This document shows positions 37,546 through 50,074 of a stretch of 64,000 bases of DNA, in pieces (within the stretch, counting starts at the first letter, position 1; every line of letters begins with the position of its first letter). The notes below the pieces were generated by a model. It was not told where the DNA came from. It worked only from the letters and a program-made list of their open reading frames with translations, and ran no database searches. Both the position numbers and the translations under genes were made by a program. Source of the stretch: Octopus bimaculoides (taxonomy: Eukaryota); the NCBI RefSeq assembly GCF_001194135.2, contig NC_068988.1:60156892-60220891 (forward strand), read 5' to 3'.

Positions 37546-38704
37546 ATATGTATGCATATATTTCTTTTCCGTTTGTGTGTGCGCGTCTACCTTCATCAAT
37601 GTAGATTAGTAGTTAGGCCAAACGTTACTTATGCAATGAATTATAAAAAAAAACACATTGCTACTTACAATTCCGAGTTGTTTGATGAAATTCGAAAGTT
37701 CATCTATTTGTTCTTTTACGTCTGAATGTTTAACGTCGAACTGTTTCAGCACCTGTGATAGCAGCTCGTCATATTCGGGGTCTCTTAAATGTGCATAGTA
37801 AGGGACATTCGAAGTGATTGATTTACCTGTCGCTTCGGAACCCGCTCCTAACTGTTGGTTTGGTTATCACACGTGTATTATAGGAAAAGCAAAAAACATA
37901 GATTGTTCAATGTTTCATCACTTAAAATTTTCTAGCAGAGCATGCAAGAATTGTAAGGTATTAAAATGCGAACATTTACAATCTAATTACCAATTCTTCC
38001 GTGATCGACATTATGGTTAACTTTTTTCTGTGTATTATAATTTATTTTACCTTCCTTTTAAGCATTTCCTCGAATCCTTCATTTACGAAATATTATATTG
38101 TTTAACAATATATAGTTTCATATTTGTACGACCATGCATCAAACCCTATTAGGTTAAGATTTAACTGTAATCATTCTAGGTCAAGTAAAATAATTACTAA
38201 GAGTAAATACATGAGTTTCTGATAGTTGCCAAATCTCTCAAATTATCAAATGGGGCCCACAATAAAGTGCATTTCCCGCATCTTGGACAGAGCTACTACT
38301 ACTTAAACATATTCTAAACCTCACAAAAATGACCCCTCAACTAATTGGCATCAATTTGCCTCTCACCACAAGTCATGTAATCCATCGGCTTCAGAGGGAT
38401 TTTCTTCAACGAAATCCTCTCTATGAAAGATTTATCTATCAAAAATAGCAGATATATCCCTTTCAAATCACAATCGATTGATTATTGTTTCTATCATACA
38501 TTATATGCTATTTCGCTTCTTTTCATGGCGCTTTTTAGAAAGAGGATGGAACTATTTAACATATCCAGAGTAAACAAAATATGGATTCGTCATACGAGAA
38601 CAGTCGATCGAATTGCAGTAGCCTCTTCTCAAAGAAAAACTGGTATGTTACCGAGAGAAATTGATATGAAGTTTATTAACTGAAAATGGTGTTTGACTGG
38701 AGGC

Positions 38705-39000
38705 TCGTGATCTAGTGAGTAGGAGGTATTCCTCTCATGATCATACTTCGCGGGTTCAATTACTGGACAAGGCGACGGGTTTTTTTTTTCCCTTGATGAG
38801 GCTTCACATTTTCATAGGGAGCCAGTACACACAGATGAAATTGTGTACCAGCCAAGTACTGATGTTGATGTCTCTCCTGCAAGCTGTAAAACACCGGATA
38901 GGTTGCTGGATCAAGGGACGAACATTTCGAGAGTGCATACATGTCTACTCACGGTCACCTAAACACATAGACCAATTAGCAAAAGCATGGTACACGTTAC
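38705..39000 (+). mobile_element. degenerate tRNA-headed SINE (CORE-like)
   Basis: CTCATGATCATACTTCGCGGGTTCAATTACTGG (B-box-like), then CCTTGATGAGGCTTCACATTTTCA..CCAGTACACACAG resembling a CORE-type central block. Confidence 0.35.
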
Positions 39001-39467
39001 CCAGCTCTACACATTCGCATGTAGCCGTTGGCTTGCTTTACTGTTTGATTCATAGTTATTTAATTAAGTACAGAACACTGAAAGGTAAACCCACCAAGAG
39101 GTATTTAAGCTTAGAAATTAAAGGTTTGTGACAAGACCATGCAAGGCAACTAAATCATTGTTCTACTGATTAACCGGATATTCATTAACCTCAAGAACCA
39201 CGGGATAATGATAGTAACTATATCAATGTACACGCTTTTGACGTATGGCATCAAATCACTATACGTTACTGGACAGAACATTTAAAGCTGGCTGACATTC
39301 AACCAGCACAAATTTGACCATTAAACGGTATGTATTTAAGTTTCCAATGGCTGGTTCATTGCATAATTCTTTCAGTCGTATTATTTCTACGCCTTAAAAA
39401 TAGTCAATGGAGAGATTTTTTGTGCTGTCTTGTGAAGAATAATATGTGTATGTGTATAAAATACACA

Positions 39468-39468
39468 A

Positions 39469-39525
<57 letters not shown>

Positions 39526-39534
39526 CAGATAGAC

Positions 39535-39596
<62 letters not shown>

Positions 39597-39612
39597 GTTG
39601 GTAGATAGATAG
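39468..39612. repeat. (GATA)n microsatellite with GACA interruptions
   Basis: Direct reading. Confidence 0.97.
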
Positions 39613-40469
39613 ATAACGGCTAGATATTCACTTCGCTTAAAACATAATCTGAAAATAGATTCACTACTTTCAAGACATAATAAACTTTGCTGAACTTATT
39701 GGCTGCAAATCAATTCCCGTTTCTTTTCTCTTTTATATCACGCTTGGTAGAACATTTTTACTTATTCAAAACCGTCAACCAGCACCACTGACTGAGCTTG
39801 CGTCTTGTTAGATCTAGTAGTCAAACATATCTCAAATGTCGGCTGCACGACATTATATTATACATACTTCTTTTATTAGACGGTTTAAAATATAGGATGA
39901 GACGGTACATAGGGTCATATGTTTCTAGGTATATTATACCTCCAAATACATTGGATGGTCATGATTGGAACAACTTTAATCATTGATCAACTGAACAAAA
40001 ACTAGACTAATGTTAAGAAAAATCAACGAGAATATAAACAAAATATCTGTATATCTGAAACTCTTTGTTCCATTTCAGTAGTTATATCTTCCACAATCCC
40101 CTGAGCATTAAACAATAAAATTCTTTTGCAGTCATGCAGTCTAGCTTTTCTTCACATTTATACATACTTATACATTTCAGTCTGCTAACTCATATACATA
40201 CAAAATACTATATTGTGAGGAAAATGTAATTTCAGAAACAAAGAGTACTTTATAGGTGATAAGGAGTAGATACTAGAGCATAATAGAAAACAACTACTTT
40301 TTTATTATTTCAACTATTATTTAGGCAATTGAGGCAGAAAATATAAAATCTCAATAGAATGAGGTATGTTCTTTACCAAGCTAAACAAACGTTTTTAATC
40401 AAGAAATATGAAAAACCAGTCAACACAAATGAAACATAGTTGGAATCAGGTTAACATCAGGAGTTTTCT

Positions 40470-41768
40470 TTGCTGACAATAAGCGTTAGCCAGTGTCAGC
40501 TGTGGTTCCATTGATTCCGTGCCGGAAACTACAGCCTAGAAGACGAACCTTGTCCTGGGAGATCAGCATAGCTTGACGAGGACGTCCTGCAAACCCTGAT
40601 GGTATAAAATCCTATCGTAATTTTTGCCGAACCAGTAGAGATTTGTTCATCCAACCATTCATCGACATCTACATGCCATCGGAAAAGTCAGAAAATTGGG
40701 TCAACGGATTCCTCACAAACTTCCCGAGTCTAATCGCTCACAGTGAGTGAACCTCTGCTCTTTGCTGCCACATCTCACGAATGAACATTTTTGGACCGAA
40801 TCGTGACTGGTGACGAGCATTGGATTCTCTATAAAAATGTCAAGCGCTGAAGATAGTGGGTAAGCAAAGGAGTAACACCGCCCTCCCTACTAAAGATCTT
40901 TACCCACGTAAAGTATTGTTATCTGTTTGATGGTATATGAAAGGTTTATTCCAATTTGAACTTCCGAACCCAAACAGCTTGAGCGGCTTAAGTAAGCACT
41001 AGAACAACGACCATCTTTGCTTTCAAAATGAAAGATGTTCTTCTATCAGGATAATGTTGGCCACATCCAGCGACGATGACATTCCAAATGCTGGAGCAGT
41101 TTGAATGGGAACCAATGCCCTACCCGCCATATTCACCGGACATTGCCTCGATTATCATTGGTGTTGGCACTCCGTCGCTTTCGACGTCGAGGGTTCCAAT
41201 TGATCTGATCAACGGAACAGCCTGCTCGTGAAATTAACGTGCAAGTGGCTGAGCACTCCACGGACACGTGTACTCTTAACGTAGTTCTCGGGAATATTCA
41301 GCGTGACACAGTGTGACAAGGCTGGCCCTTTGAATTACAGGCACAACAGAAACAGGAAGTAAGAGTGAGAGAAAGTTGTGGTGAAAGAGTACAGCAGGGT
41401 TCACCACCATCCCCTGCTAGAACCTCGTGTAGCTCTTAGGTGTTTTCGCTCAATAAACACTCACAAAGCCCTGTCTGGGAATCGAAACCGCGATCCTATG
41501 ACCGCGATCCGCTGCCCTAACCACTGGGCCATTGCGCCTCCACTATCATTTATTATGCAGTCTTCAAAAACATTTGGAGGGAAAAAATATGAATTCTGTA
41601 GACGAGGTCAGAAAAGTACTGTAGGAGTATTTTTCGTCACGGACAAGTCAATTTGGAAGACGGGCCTTGCAAATAAATCTACCAGGTAGATGGAAGAGCA
41701 TTGTAGAAAACGGAGAGTATGTTTTAGGTTAAGTTTTTAAAAATCGCATTATTTATGGGATGACCCAA
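40470..41768 (+). mobile_element. mariner (DD34D) transposase pseudogene, 5'-truncated, interrupted by a SINE
   Basis: FRAGNYSLEDEP, IPHKL, RIVTGDEHWILYKN, KVLLSV, YQDN..H, PPYSPDIA-DYHL. Right TIR is CGCATTATTTATGGGATGACCCAA followed by TA. Confidence 0.9.
41160..41543 (-). mobile_element. tRNA-derived SINE family C, full length, with 7-bp TSD
   Basis: A box TGGCCCAGTGG and B box GGTTTCGATTCC. Direct repeat TATCATT at 41153-41159 and 41544-41550. The flanks rejoin into the mariner DYHL motif. Confidence 0.9.
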
Positions 41769-42759
41769 TATATAGCATATATACATTGAATAAAGACGTA
41801 GGGAAGGACATAACCGAAGTAAAAGAATGATATTTTTTAACCTTGGAAATAGCGTCATCTCTCTTCAGTACTTCCGGCTGACTGAAGTTACATTGATGCA
41901 GGCATTCTCTCTCTGTCTAACCAAATCATCGTTGTCTAAACATTTCTACATGTTTATTTTTTGAAATTACGCCTATTAGTTAATCTGTCATAGCCTATGG
42001 CAATTAATTGTAATTATAACAAATAATTCTCAACTTCGAGCGTAATGCTAAAATGCCATGATCGATTTTTTTTTTAATAACGGTACGTGATAGGACAATT
42101 TGTTTGTCAATTTTGTAGTTAGCAGGTAAAAATTAATCAATTTCGCCCAATATCTGTGAAACAAATTTTGGGCCGCAGACTTCCGGACGAAATTCACGTA
42201 GCATAATCCTCATATTGAGTCCATACGTAAATAAGGAAATTTCTTCTTATAAATCATATGTATTCTTTAAAGTGATTTTTTCAAAGTCAAATTAGAATAC
42301 GTATAGGCTAAAAACTTTACTTAACTGCATTAAAGTGACTTTAGATTAATATGTGGATTTTATAATAGAAATGTGAAAACAATCAGGTGTTAAGAGAAAC
42401 GATATATTTAAAAAAGATATTTAGAAAAAAAGATTTAAACATCGAAAGCCACAAAAGCAAGCACTTCGATCCAGTAAATAGGGAACAAAAGGTTAAATGA
42501 TATTTTCCCGCCATGTGATCGGCTTAAAACAAGGCAAAACTGTAAGAATCGCTGGAAACAACGCTTAAGATGAATAGGGGAAAATTGGGAAGGTTATCAA
42601 TAAAAGGTATCCTTCCCGGTGCTTGGTACGTAGCGATGGAAGTAGGACACAATGGATGTAGAATATTAAACACGAATGATAGCAAAAGATTAATAAAAAT
42701 AAACAAATATTTATATTAAATTTTCATTGTAGTCTAATAAGTAGCGACGCATTCCACAA

Positions 42760-42919
42760 GCTGTGTGGTAAGTAGCTTGCTTACCAACTACGTGGTCCCG
42801 GGTTCAGTCTCGCTGCGTGGCACCTTGGGCAAGTGTCTTCTACTAGAGTCTCGGGCCGACCAAAGCCTTGTGAGTGGATTTGATAGATGGAAACTGGAAG
42901 ACGCCCGTCGTGTATGTGC

Positions 42920-42975
<56 letters not shown>

Positions 42976-43190
42976 TTGTTTGTCGCCCACCCCCCGCATC
43001 GCATGACAACCGATGGTGGGTGTTTGCGGCCCCGTAACTTAGCGGTTCGGCAAAAGAGACCGATAGAATAAGTACTAGACTTACAAAGAATACGTTCTGG
43101 GGTCGATTTGGTCGACTATAAAGGCGGTGCTCCAGCATGGCCGCAGTCAAATGACTGAAACAAGAAAAAGAGTAAAACAGAGTAAAGAGT
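42760..43190 (+). mobile_element. tRNA-derived SINE family A, best-preserved copy
   Basis: TGTGTGGTAAG A-box-like and GGGTTCAGTCTC B-box-like motifs, internal (TA)n(TG)n, tail GGTGCTCCAGCATGGCCGCAGTCAAATGACTGAAAC and AGAGTAAA repeats. Confidence 0.88.
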
Positions 43191-43339
43191 ATATATATAT
43201 ATATATTTATATATATATAAACACACACATATACATGTGTGTGTATGCCTGTAGCTGTGTATGTGTTTATTGTACGTGAAACGCTTGACAAACAAATGCG
43301 GTGTTGTCGCATTCAGTCATGTATCTCTCGAAGGAAGAC

Positions 43340-43900
43340 GTTTGGTGATCCTAAAAATACTCGGAACCAACGGATATTCAACGTCCATCAATAACTCCAT
43401 AACTCCATATGCCAACACAAGCCAAAAAAATGTGGCAAGAGGAGTTTCTGTAAAACCTGCTTCCTGAAAATTCGTCACGCCCGATTGAAGGGACACTTCA
43501 TTACAACGATCGTTTCTTCCGCAAACACTTAAGCAAATGCGGCAAAACCACCAAGAGAATAGCTGTCACCATACTGGACTTGGAGAAGTACGCTGGAAAT
43601 CTCCGTATGACAGAAGCTGTAGTCATTGCCCACATTAACCTGGAAGTTAATGGATCATAGTTGTTAACCCAATGGCTCCTGTGAATATGCCACCAAACAC
43701 TCCTTACGTCACTGCGACAGTGGTCACCAGCAACATCCTAGTATACGCCAACAACACCATCACCCACTACTACCACGGCACCACTGCTGCTAACCTACAA
43801 CCAGACTTCTCCAACACCGACGCACCCGTCCCTAACGAGACTTCTATGACACCAACTGCTCCAACATTTGGGAATTGTTTTTGGTTACTCAACCATGGGG
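43340..43900 (+). mobile_element. PLE GIY-YIG C-terminal remnant plus C/A-rich 3' region
   Basis: ILGTNGYS..; KHLSKCG..VTILDLEK..LRMTEAVVIAHINLEVN resembles the PLE EA..I...P.IN terminus. Confidence 0.45.
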
Positions 43901-44096
43901 CTATACAAAATAGCAGGACCTATGTAAATACACATTTCTATGAGTGTATTCTTCTGAAGATAATTCTTTGTGCTGGACATATAAAGGTATTTTAAACTTT
44001 CAACATTGTTCGAAGTTTTCTTTATTTCTCATTATATTTGTCGTTTTCTACTTTTGAACTACAATGATTCAAATGAACTAAAACTCAATTCTCTTC

Positions 44097-44140
<44 letters not shown>

Positions 44141-44334
44141 ATGTGAGAGTCTTCCCCAAGGTTTTAATGTAACACACGAAGCTCAAGTTTCCGGGCAGTA
44201 AGATTATATGCGAATATTACTTGTCAGATTTTTAGAACATATGACGCAAAATATATTTATACTGAACAATTAACATATAATAGTATAGAGTTCGTAATAA
44301 AACTTAACTCAAGAATTATTAGTTATATATTTTG

Positions 44335-44530
44335 GCACAGAGCCGGTAATTTTAAAGGAATTGAGGAGTCTATCATATGAACCATTGTTCCTAAATGTTA
44401 TTCATTTTATTAACCCGAATGGATAAAATGTAATAACGCCCGCGGTAATATTTGAACTCAGAACATAAAGGCAGGCCGTTAAACATTTTATCTAACACGC
44501 TGGTGACTGTACCGGCCCACCGCCCTAACG
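44335..44530 (-). mobile_element. SINE family B, degenerate
   Basis: Reverse complement begins GGCGGTGGGCCGGTACAGTCACCAGC and contains TTCTGAGTTCAAAT. Confidence 0.6.
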
Positions 44531-45687
44531 TTAATAAATATTAATATCTGACAGGCATGTAAGTATATAAATTGGATGAATGGATATCGCAGTTTAAAGT
44601 GAGATGATATATCAATGGTACTTCATTTCATTGACCCCCAAAGACTGAAACAAATAAATATTTAGTCTCTCTATCTGAAGCATTATTAATCACGAAGAAA
44701 GAGTGGATCAGTTCTTGTCAACTGAGACTAGAAGACATAATCTGCATGCGTAGTTCATCCGAATTAATTGCATTTTCATTACTAAATATAATATTTTATC
44801 TGCCAGAGATCTTTTGCAGTGTAGTGTCTTTTGAAGAATAAATATTTTCATATTTCTTTAGCTTATTTCTGCATTTCAAATGTGCAGTACAAACATTACA
44901 TTGTATTCTCTACTGGCTTTAATAATTTCCACACGAAAATTAATTTCTCGGGGGAAGAATAACTGCTAACCACTGTTCAGCTAAATAAATTTATTTCGAT
45001 AAAGTTATGACCATGTACCAAAGTTACGCATTCATAATAGATATAACAATCTTTCTTGCATGCGCTACAGGCAAAACCAAGGAACTCAAACATAGTCAGT
45101 CGATCTGTTAGAAGTAGCAGTTAAATCTCCCCAGAATCGCAACTTACAATTTCAAAAATAGAAGCATGAAATTAACAATATTTCCTGAAGCCTACTTTCT
45201 TCATCACAACAAAGTGATGGCCAAATCTGGCCTGTCTTTCATCATTGATTACCTCGATCGGTTTACAACCTGAGGTTAAACAAGATTTTAAAAGCAATTC
45301 CTGCATAATAATGATAGAATAATCATGTTATTAAGTAGAACATTCTAAGTTTTGCTGACAAATCATGTTTCAAAATATCAAATTCTGATACAATAAGCTG
45401 CATTTTTAATTAATATGAATATGCATTGTAAAATGAGTTAACAACCACTAAAAGCTATGTGACAATATAATTTAAACAGTAATGTGAGAGCAATTCTGAA
45501 TAATTATTTTTATCCTTGATAAGATAATATAATTAATGTGAGAAGAATTAAAATGGATCAGTTTCGATTTATTTTTAATCATTTAGATGTATCAATCGAT
45601 TAACATAACGCATAAAATCACGCAAGACTTTATGGGTCTTGTGATTAAATAAATTTTAGATAATAGCTTCGAACTTAGGCAGAGAAT

Positions 45688-45905
45688 GAAGGCAGTGAGC
45701 TAGTATAATCGTTACCGTGCAGGGCGAAATACTAAGTGGAATTTTGTTCATCTATACGATCTGAGTTCAGATTCCACCGTCCTTGACTTTGCCTATCATC
45801 CTTTGAAAGGCGATAAATTAAGTACCAGTTAAATACTTGGAAATGTGTAATCAGTTTACCACTCCCCCGTAATTGCTGACCTTGTGCCAAAATTTTGAAA
45901 TCACT
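45688..45905 (+). mobile_element. SINE family B
   Basis: GGCAGTGAGCTAG..TCTGAGTTCAGATTCC..GACTTTGCCTATCATCCTTT..GATAAATTAAGTACCAG. Confidence 0.75.
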
Positions 45906-48900
45906 TTAGATACAAAGCCATCAGATGTTGTTAAGAACGTTCGTCGATTATACCAACCCCAGAATATCTCTGATACTTAATTTTATTGATCAAGGAAACA
46001 TTGATCACGGCTGGCTGCGATCTCATTTGCAAAGACTATGCAAACTGTGCAACAAATCAAAGATTAATCTTTTCATCGCAATAAAATATTTTCAGACTAA
46101 AAGTAGTCAGAAATGAGAGATTCGCCATCCAGATTTTAATTACAGAGCCTGTGAAACTGGTAGTTTAAAGGGTGGAATATTTTGATATACTTTGACTCGA
46201 AACTTAGTCCAAATGCTCGAAACGATATGGAATCTGCTTAGGACAACAAAATAGCAATTGGTATTTTGAAGCGGATAGACAGATTAAAACAACGACTCAA
46301 GAATTTGTTGCAGTATATATGAGAGACCTGCAAAGTCCATAAGCTTCACAGGTTTACTTTCAAATTACAGTTTGGAAAGTATAGTTCGGTACAGACTTTA
46401 AACGGCCCAGTAAAAGGTTTAGAGTGGCTCAGGAGATGAGAATTTCAAAGGAACGTTTGCAATTCAGTACCATTCGATCAAAGGGTACCAGTCATTCACG
46501 TTTACCCCTTTCACCAATATAAGGCCAACGATGTAAACGTTAATTAACTCAAAATAATGGTATAAAGCACTTGCACAACACGCTGTACAATGTGATTGAA
46601 ACTGGGTCCGCGCGACAGTGAAGCACCTTAATCGCAAGGCAACAGGAATAGGTAAGTAAAATTATGAATATGGAAAACACCCCAATGCATCACTATCAAC
46701 GATTTCGTATTCTTGCAATGAATACAATGCAAATGATCCTAGCGAATTCCTTCTATTTTAATAAGCTGTTAACTAAACCCGATAGGCGTGGGTTATAGGA
46801 TATCACATTTAGGAATAAAATACTTGTCGTTTATCTTATCATTATTGTTGAAACATAGGTCAGACCGGTTCAAACAAACCTATAATCAATAGTGTTCTAG
46901 CCTGACCACCTCTTTTTGATTTTGAACGTGTGGTTAGGGGTAAATTATGTAACATATCTTGTCTTGCTATTATCTAGCTCCAAGTTAGCCTTGATTGAGA
47001 AGATATATGATGGAAGGCGTTCCAGCCATGACCATTCCAGTTTTATTCTTTTTCTCTCAGTATCATATAGACTTAACCCCCAAGTACTGCAATAACAGAC
47101 AAATCCGACGTGAAAGCAGATCGTAAGATCTTTCCTTAATTCTAACAACCGGTTTAATGTCGATGATCCAGATTTATATCATCTTCCCGTTGTCGGTAAG
47201 TTGAAATAACAGCCGTAAACTGGAAATCAATAAAACAAATTGCAAATTTCAGTCAGGTACTAATTTTATCATCACTTTTTCTGATCCGGGTCTAGAGTAG
47301 GAAATATTTGCTCTGGTTGCTGCGCAACTGCACTGATCCTGAAATTTCCGGCTAGTGTGTGAACGTCCACTTTCATCTACATAACGTACTAGGTAGGCTT
47401 ATTATAGAAGTCGATACTATATATGGTAATTAAAAAAAAATCATTTTGAGTTATTTAAAAACCTGTTGTTAGTTACATTTCCGACAAAAATTTATTACAC
47501 TCTTCCTCACACCGAAAATCAATGGAATTGATCCCATTTTGGTGAAACTTGTGATCATAATATTTCGAAGACTAAGTTATATTCATCTGTATTATAGTAG
47601 GATAAGTATATAACATTGTAAGTTTGCCTATCGACACTCAGCCTTCCCCAGATTGTTTCACTTATAGCTCCCATATGAGATATAGCAGAAATAACATAAT
47701 CCCATCGAAATAGAAACAATTTGTGGAATAAGTCTGGGAATTTACTGCAAAAATATACACTTTCACAGTTTTTGTTATTGTTTTTTAACTGTTCTTGCTT
47801 TCTTTCATTCGTAACGAATAGTATTATAAAATTATATTAAAATTATAGAAACTAATGAATTTACACGACAGTTTGACAATAAGCTGTAAACTGAGAGCCA
47901 TGTGATTTACTTGTCTCTGTCAAAAATGACCACAAACTGTTTTCTACATGTTATCAAGAACGCAACGGTTTGTTACAATTCTAATGCATGATTATGATTG
48001 TGTTTGTATCGGCTGCATGAAAATAAATTAAACAAAATTAAGCATTTTCATTGCTAGAATAAACAAAACTGATGTAATGAGATAAATGTAGGACATAATA
48101 AGCTGCATTTGTTCTGTCTCTCTTAATTTTAGAGTTGTACTTTTTATTTGTCATTCGTTTTAACGCCACTTCCCAAGTTCTTCCATGACTTTAGTGAAGG
48201 TCACTGTGTTGTGAGCATTTACCCGGGTCACCGGCTGGAGTCTATCTTTCTCCTCCAAACGTCATGGAGACTGAAAAACCAAAAGGTCAATCGTGCTGCC
48301 CTACTGTTTCTAAATAAACGGTAAAATTTAATGTGCATCATAATTTATTTAATCCAATCCGTCATTTGTCTGGTTGCAAAATCAAACCTTGTAATTTTTT
48401 TACATTGATTCATGATCCACTTTGAATTATCATTATTCAGACATGACTTTGTGTTTAAGATGTTCGCTTTGTTAAAACTTAATTCCAAGTTCGGTGCATT
48501 GCATGACACATCGAGCATATAATGTGATGGTTGTCCACCCCGGACCTGTGAGGGATGTGTGGTATGCCGACGTCCAATTAAATCTCAGAATCGGTATGAA
48601 AATAAACGATATCAACTGCAAATTGATATTGTGTAGTGGCCTATCGTTGCCTGAAAATCTGTCTTAAAGTGTTCATAACATTTCTTATTATATCTAATTT
48701 TCCTTGACGATCAAATGAGAAAGATTGCGGTAGCTCTCTACCTATTAAGTGCAGCAGCCGAACCTTAAGCATATTTTATTCTCTTAAGAAAATCAAAGAT
48801 GCAACACAAAAAGTCAAACCTACATATACAAAAGAATGTTATGATCAGTTGAAAATAAGACAGGCCTAGAGTTTAATATCATATTTCTGTTTAAACGTAA

Positions 48901-49996
48901 ATTTTGACATATTACCATAGTGTTTACACTCTTTTATGTAATTTCAAATAATGAAATGGTTTGATAAGTGTATTATATTGTGCAAGAAAAACCTAGTACT
49001 ATTTCTCAATAATTTCCAATAAAATCAGACGAGATGTAGCCAGCAAGATGTAATCACAGGAGAAGGCAATCGAATATAACGATATTCAGATAACAAAAGA
49101 ATGTCAAAGTTAACAATAGAATTCCTCTCCATGGTAATGAATAATGAGATGGCTTTATTTACATTAGATGATTGGTTGAAGACACGAATATGGAAAACAA
49201 ATTTTTAAATAAATAGCCAAATAAATAAACTATATAAAATAATATTCAAACAGTGCACAAACCTTCATCAGAAATATATATGAAGATACTAGTCTGAAAA
49301 AACATACATATGATAATTTACAAAAACAGTCGAGAAAATAAGAGAATATGTATTATAGATGTAGATTATGATAGAAGGAATTGATCTGAATCTCTCAGAA
49401 ATACTCTTAAAAATAAATGGTCTTATTTTGGAATGGCATGTGAAAATAAACTTAATCAAAATTTATGTACTTCAATAAGCCTGAATAAGCAGGCACATGT
49501 CAATAATATTTTACTGCCTCATGTACAGTGATATTGCATATTGGAATGAAGTCTAACATTTTCATTCTCTGGCTGTGTTGAAACGTCATGAATTAACTGA
49601 CACTCCCTACTATAATCACGTATAGCTGACTGCCTCTGGCAAAGATACCAGCTATTTAAAAACGGGATTTAAATGCATTTAAGAGTCAGACTATTCGCCT
49701 TCAATTGTTTCACTTGCGTTTTCATACTTTGAGTTCAAGATCCAAATTGGTTGGTGCGATGATTATTATTTAATCAGTAGAAGACCCTGATCTGTAAAGG
49801 GCAATGATTGCTGAGACTCTAATGTGAAATGTGAAACCATTTCTAGGACAAATTTTGCTAAATTATATACAAGAAATATCCAAATGCAGCACTTTTCATC
49901 CACTGAAAGCAGACATTTCTAGCCCAATTTCATAATTTATGTATCCAGCAAACACTTATTTAACGAGGTGCATGATTATTTTGGCTTTCCTTTCAG

Positions 49997-50074
49997 ATGT
50001 GTTTGCAGATTTTCCAGTAAAAATCGCAAGAAACCTAAATGTTATATTGTTGAGCGCGAGAGATAAAGCTGCAG
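49997..50074 (+). CDS. candidate internal coding exon of an unidentified host gene (xVFADFPVKIARNLNVILLSARDKAAx)
   Basis: Strong acceptor TTTCCTTTCAG and donor CAG|GTAATT. 78 nt, stop-free, phase 1/1, in non-repetitive sequence. No homology recognised. Confidence 0.3.
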
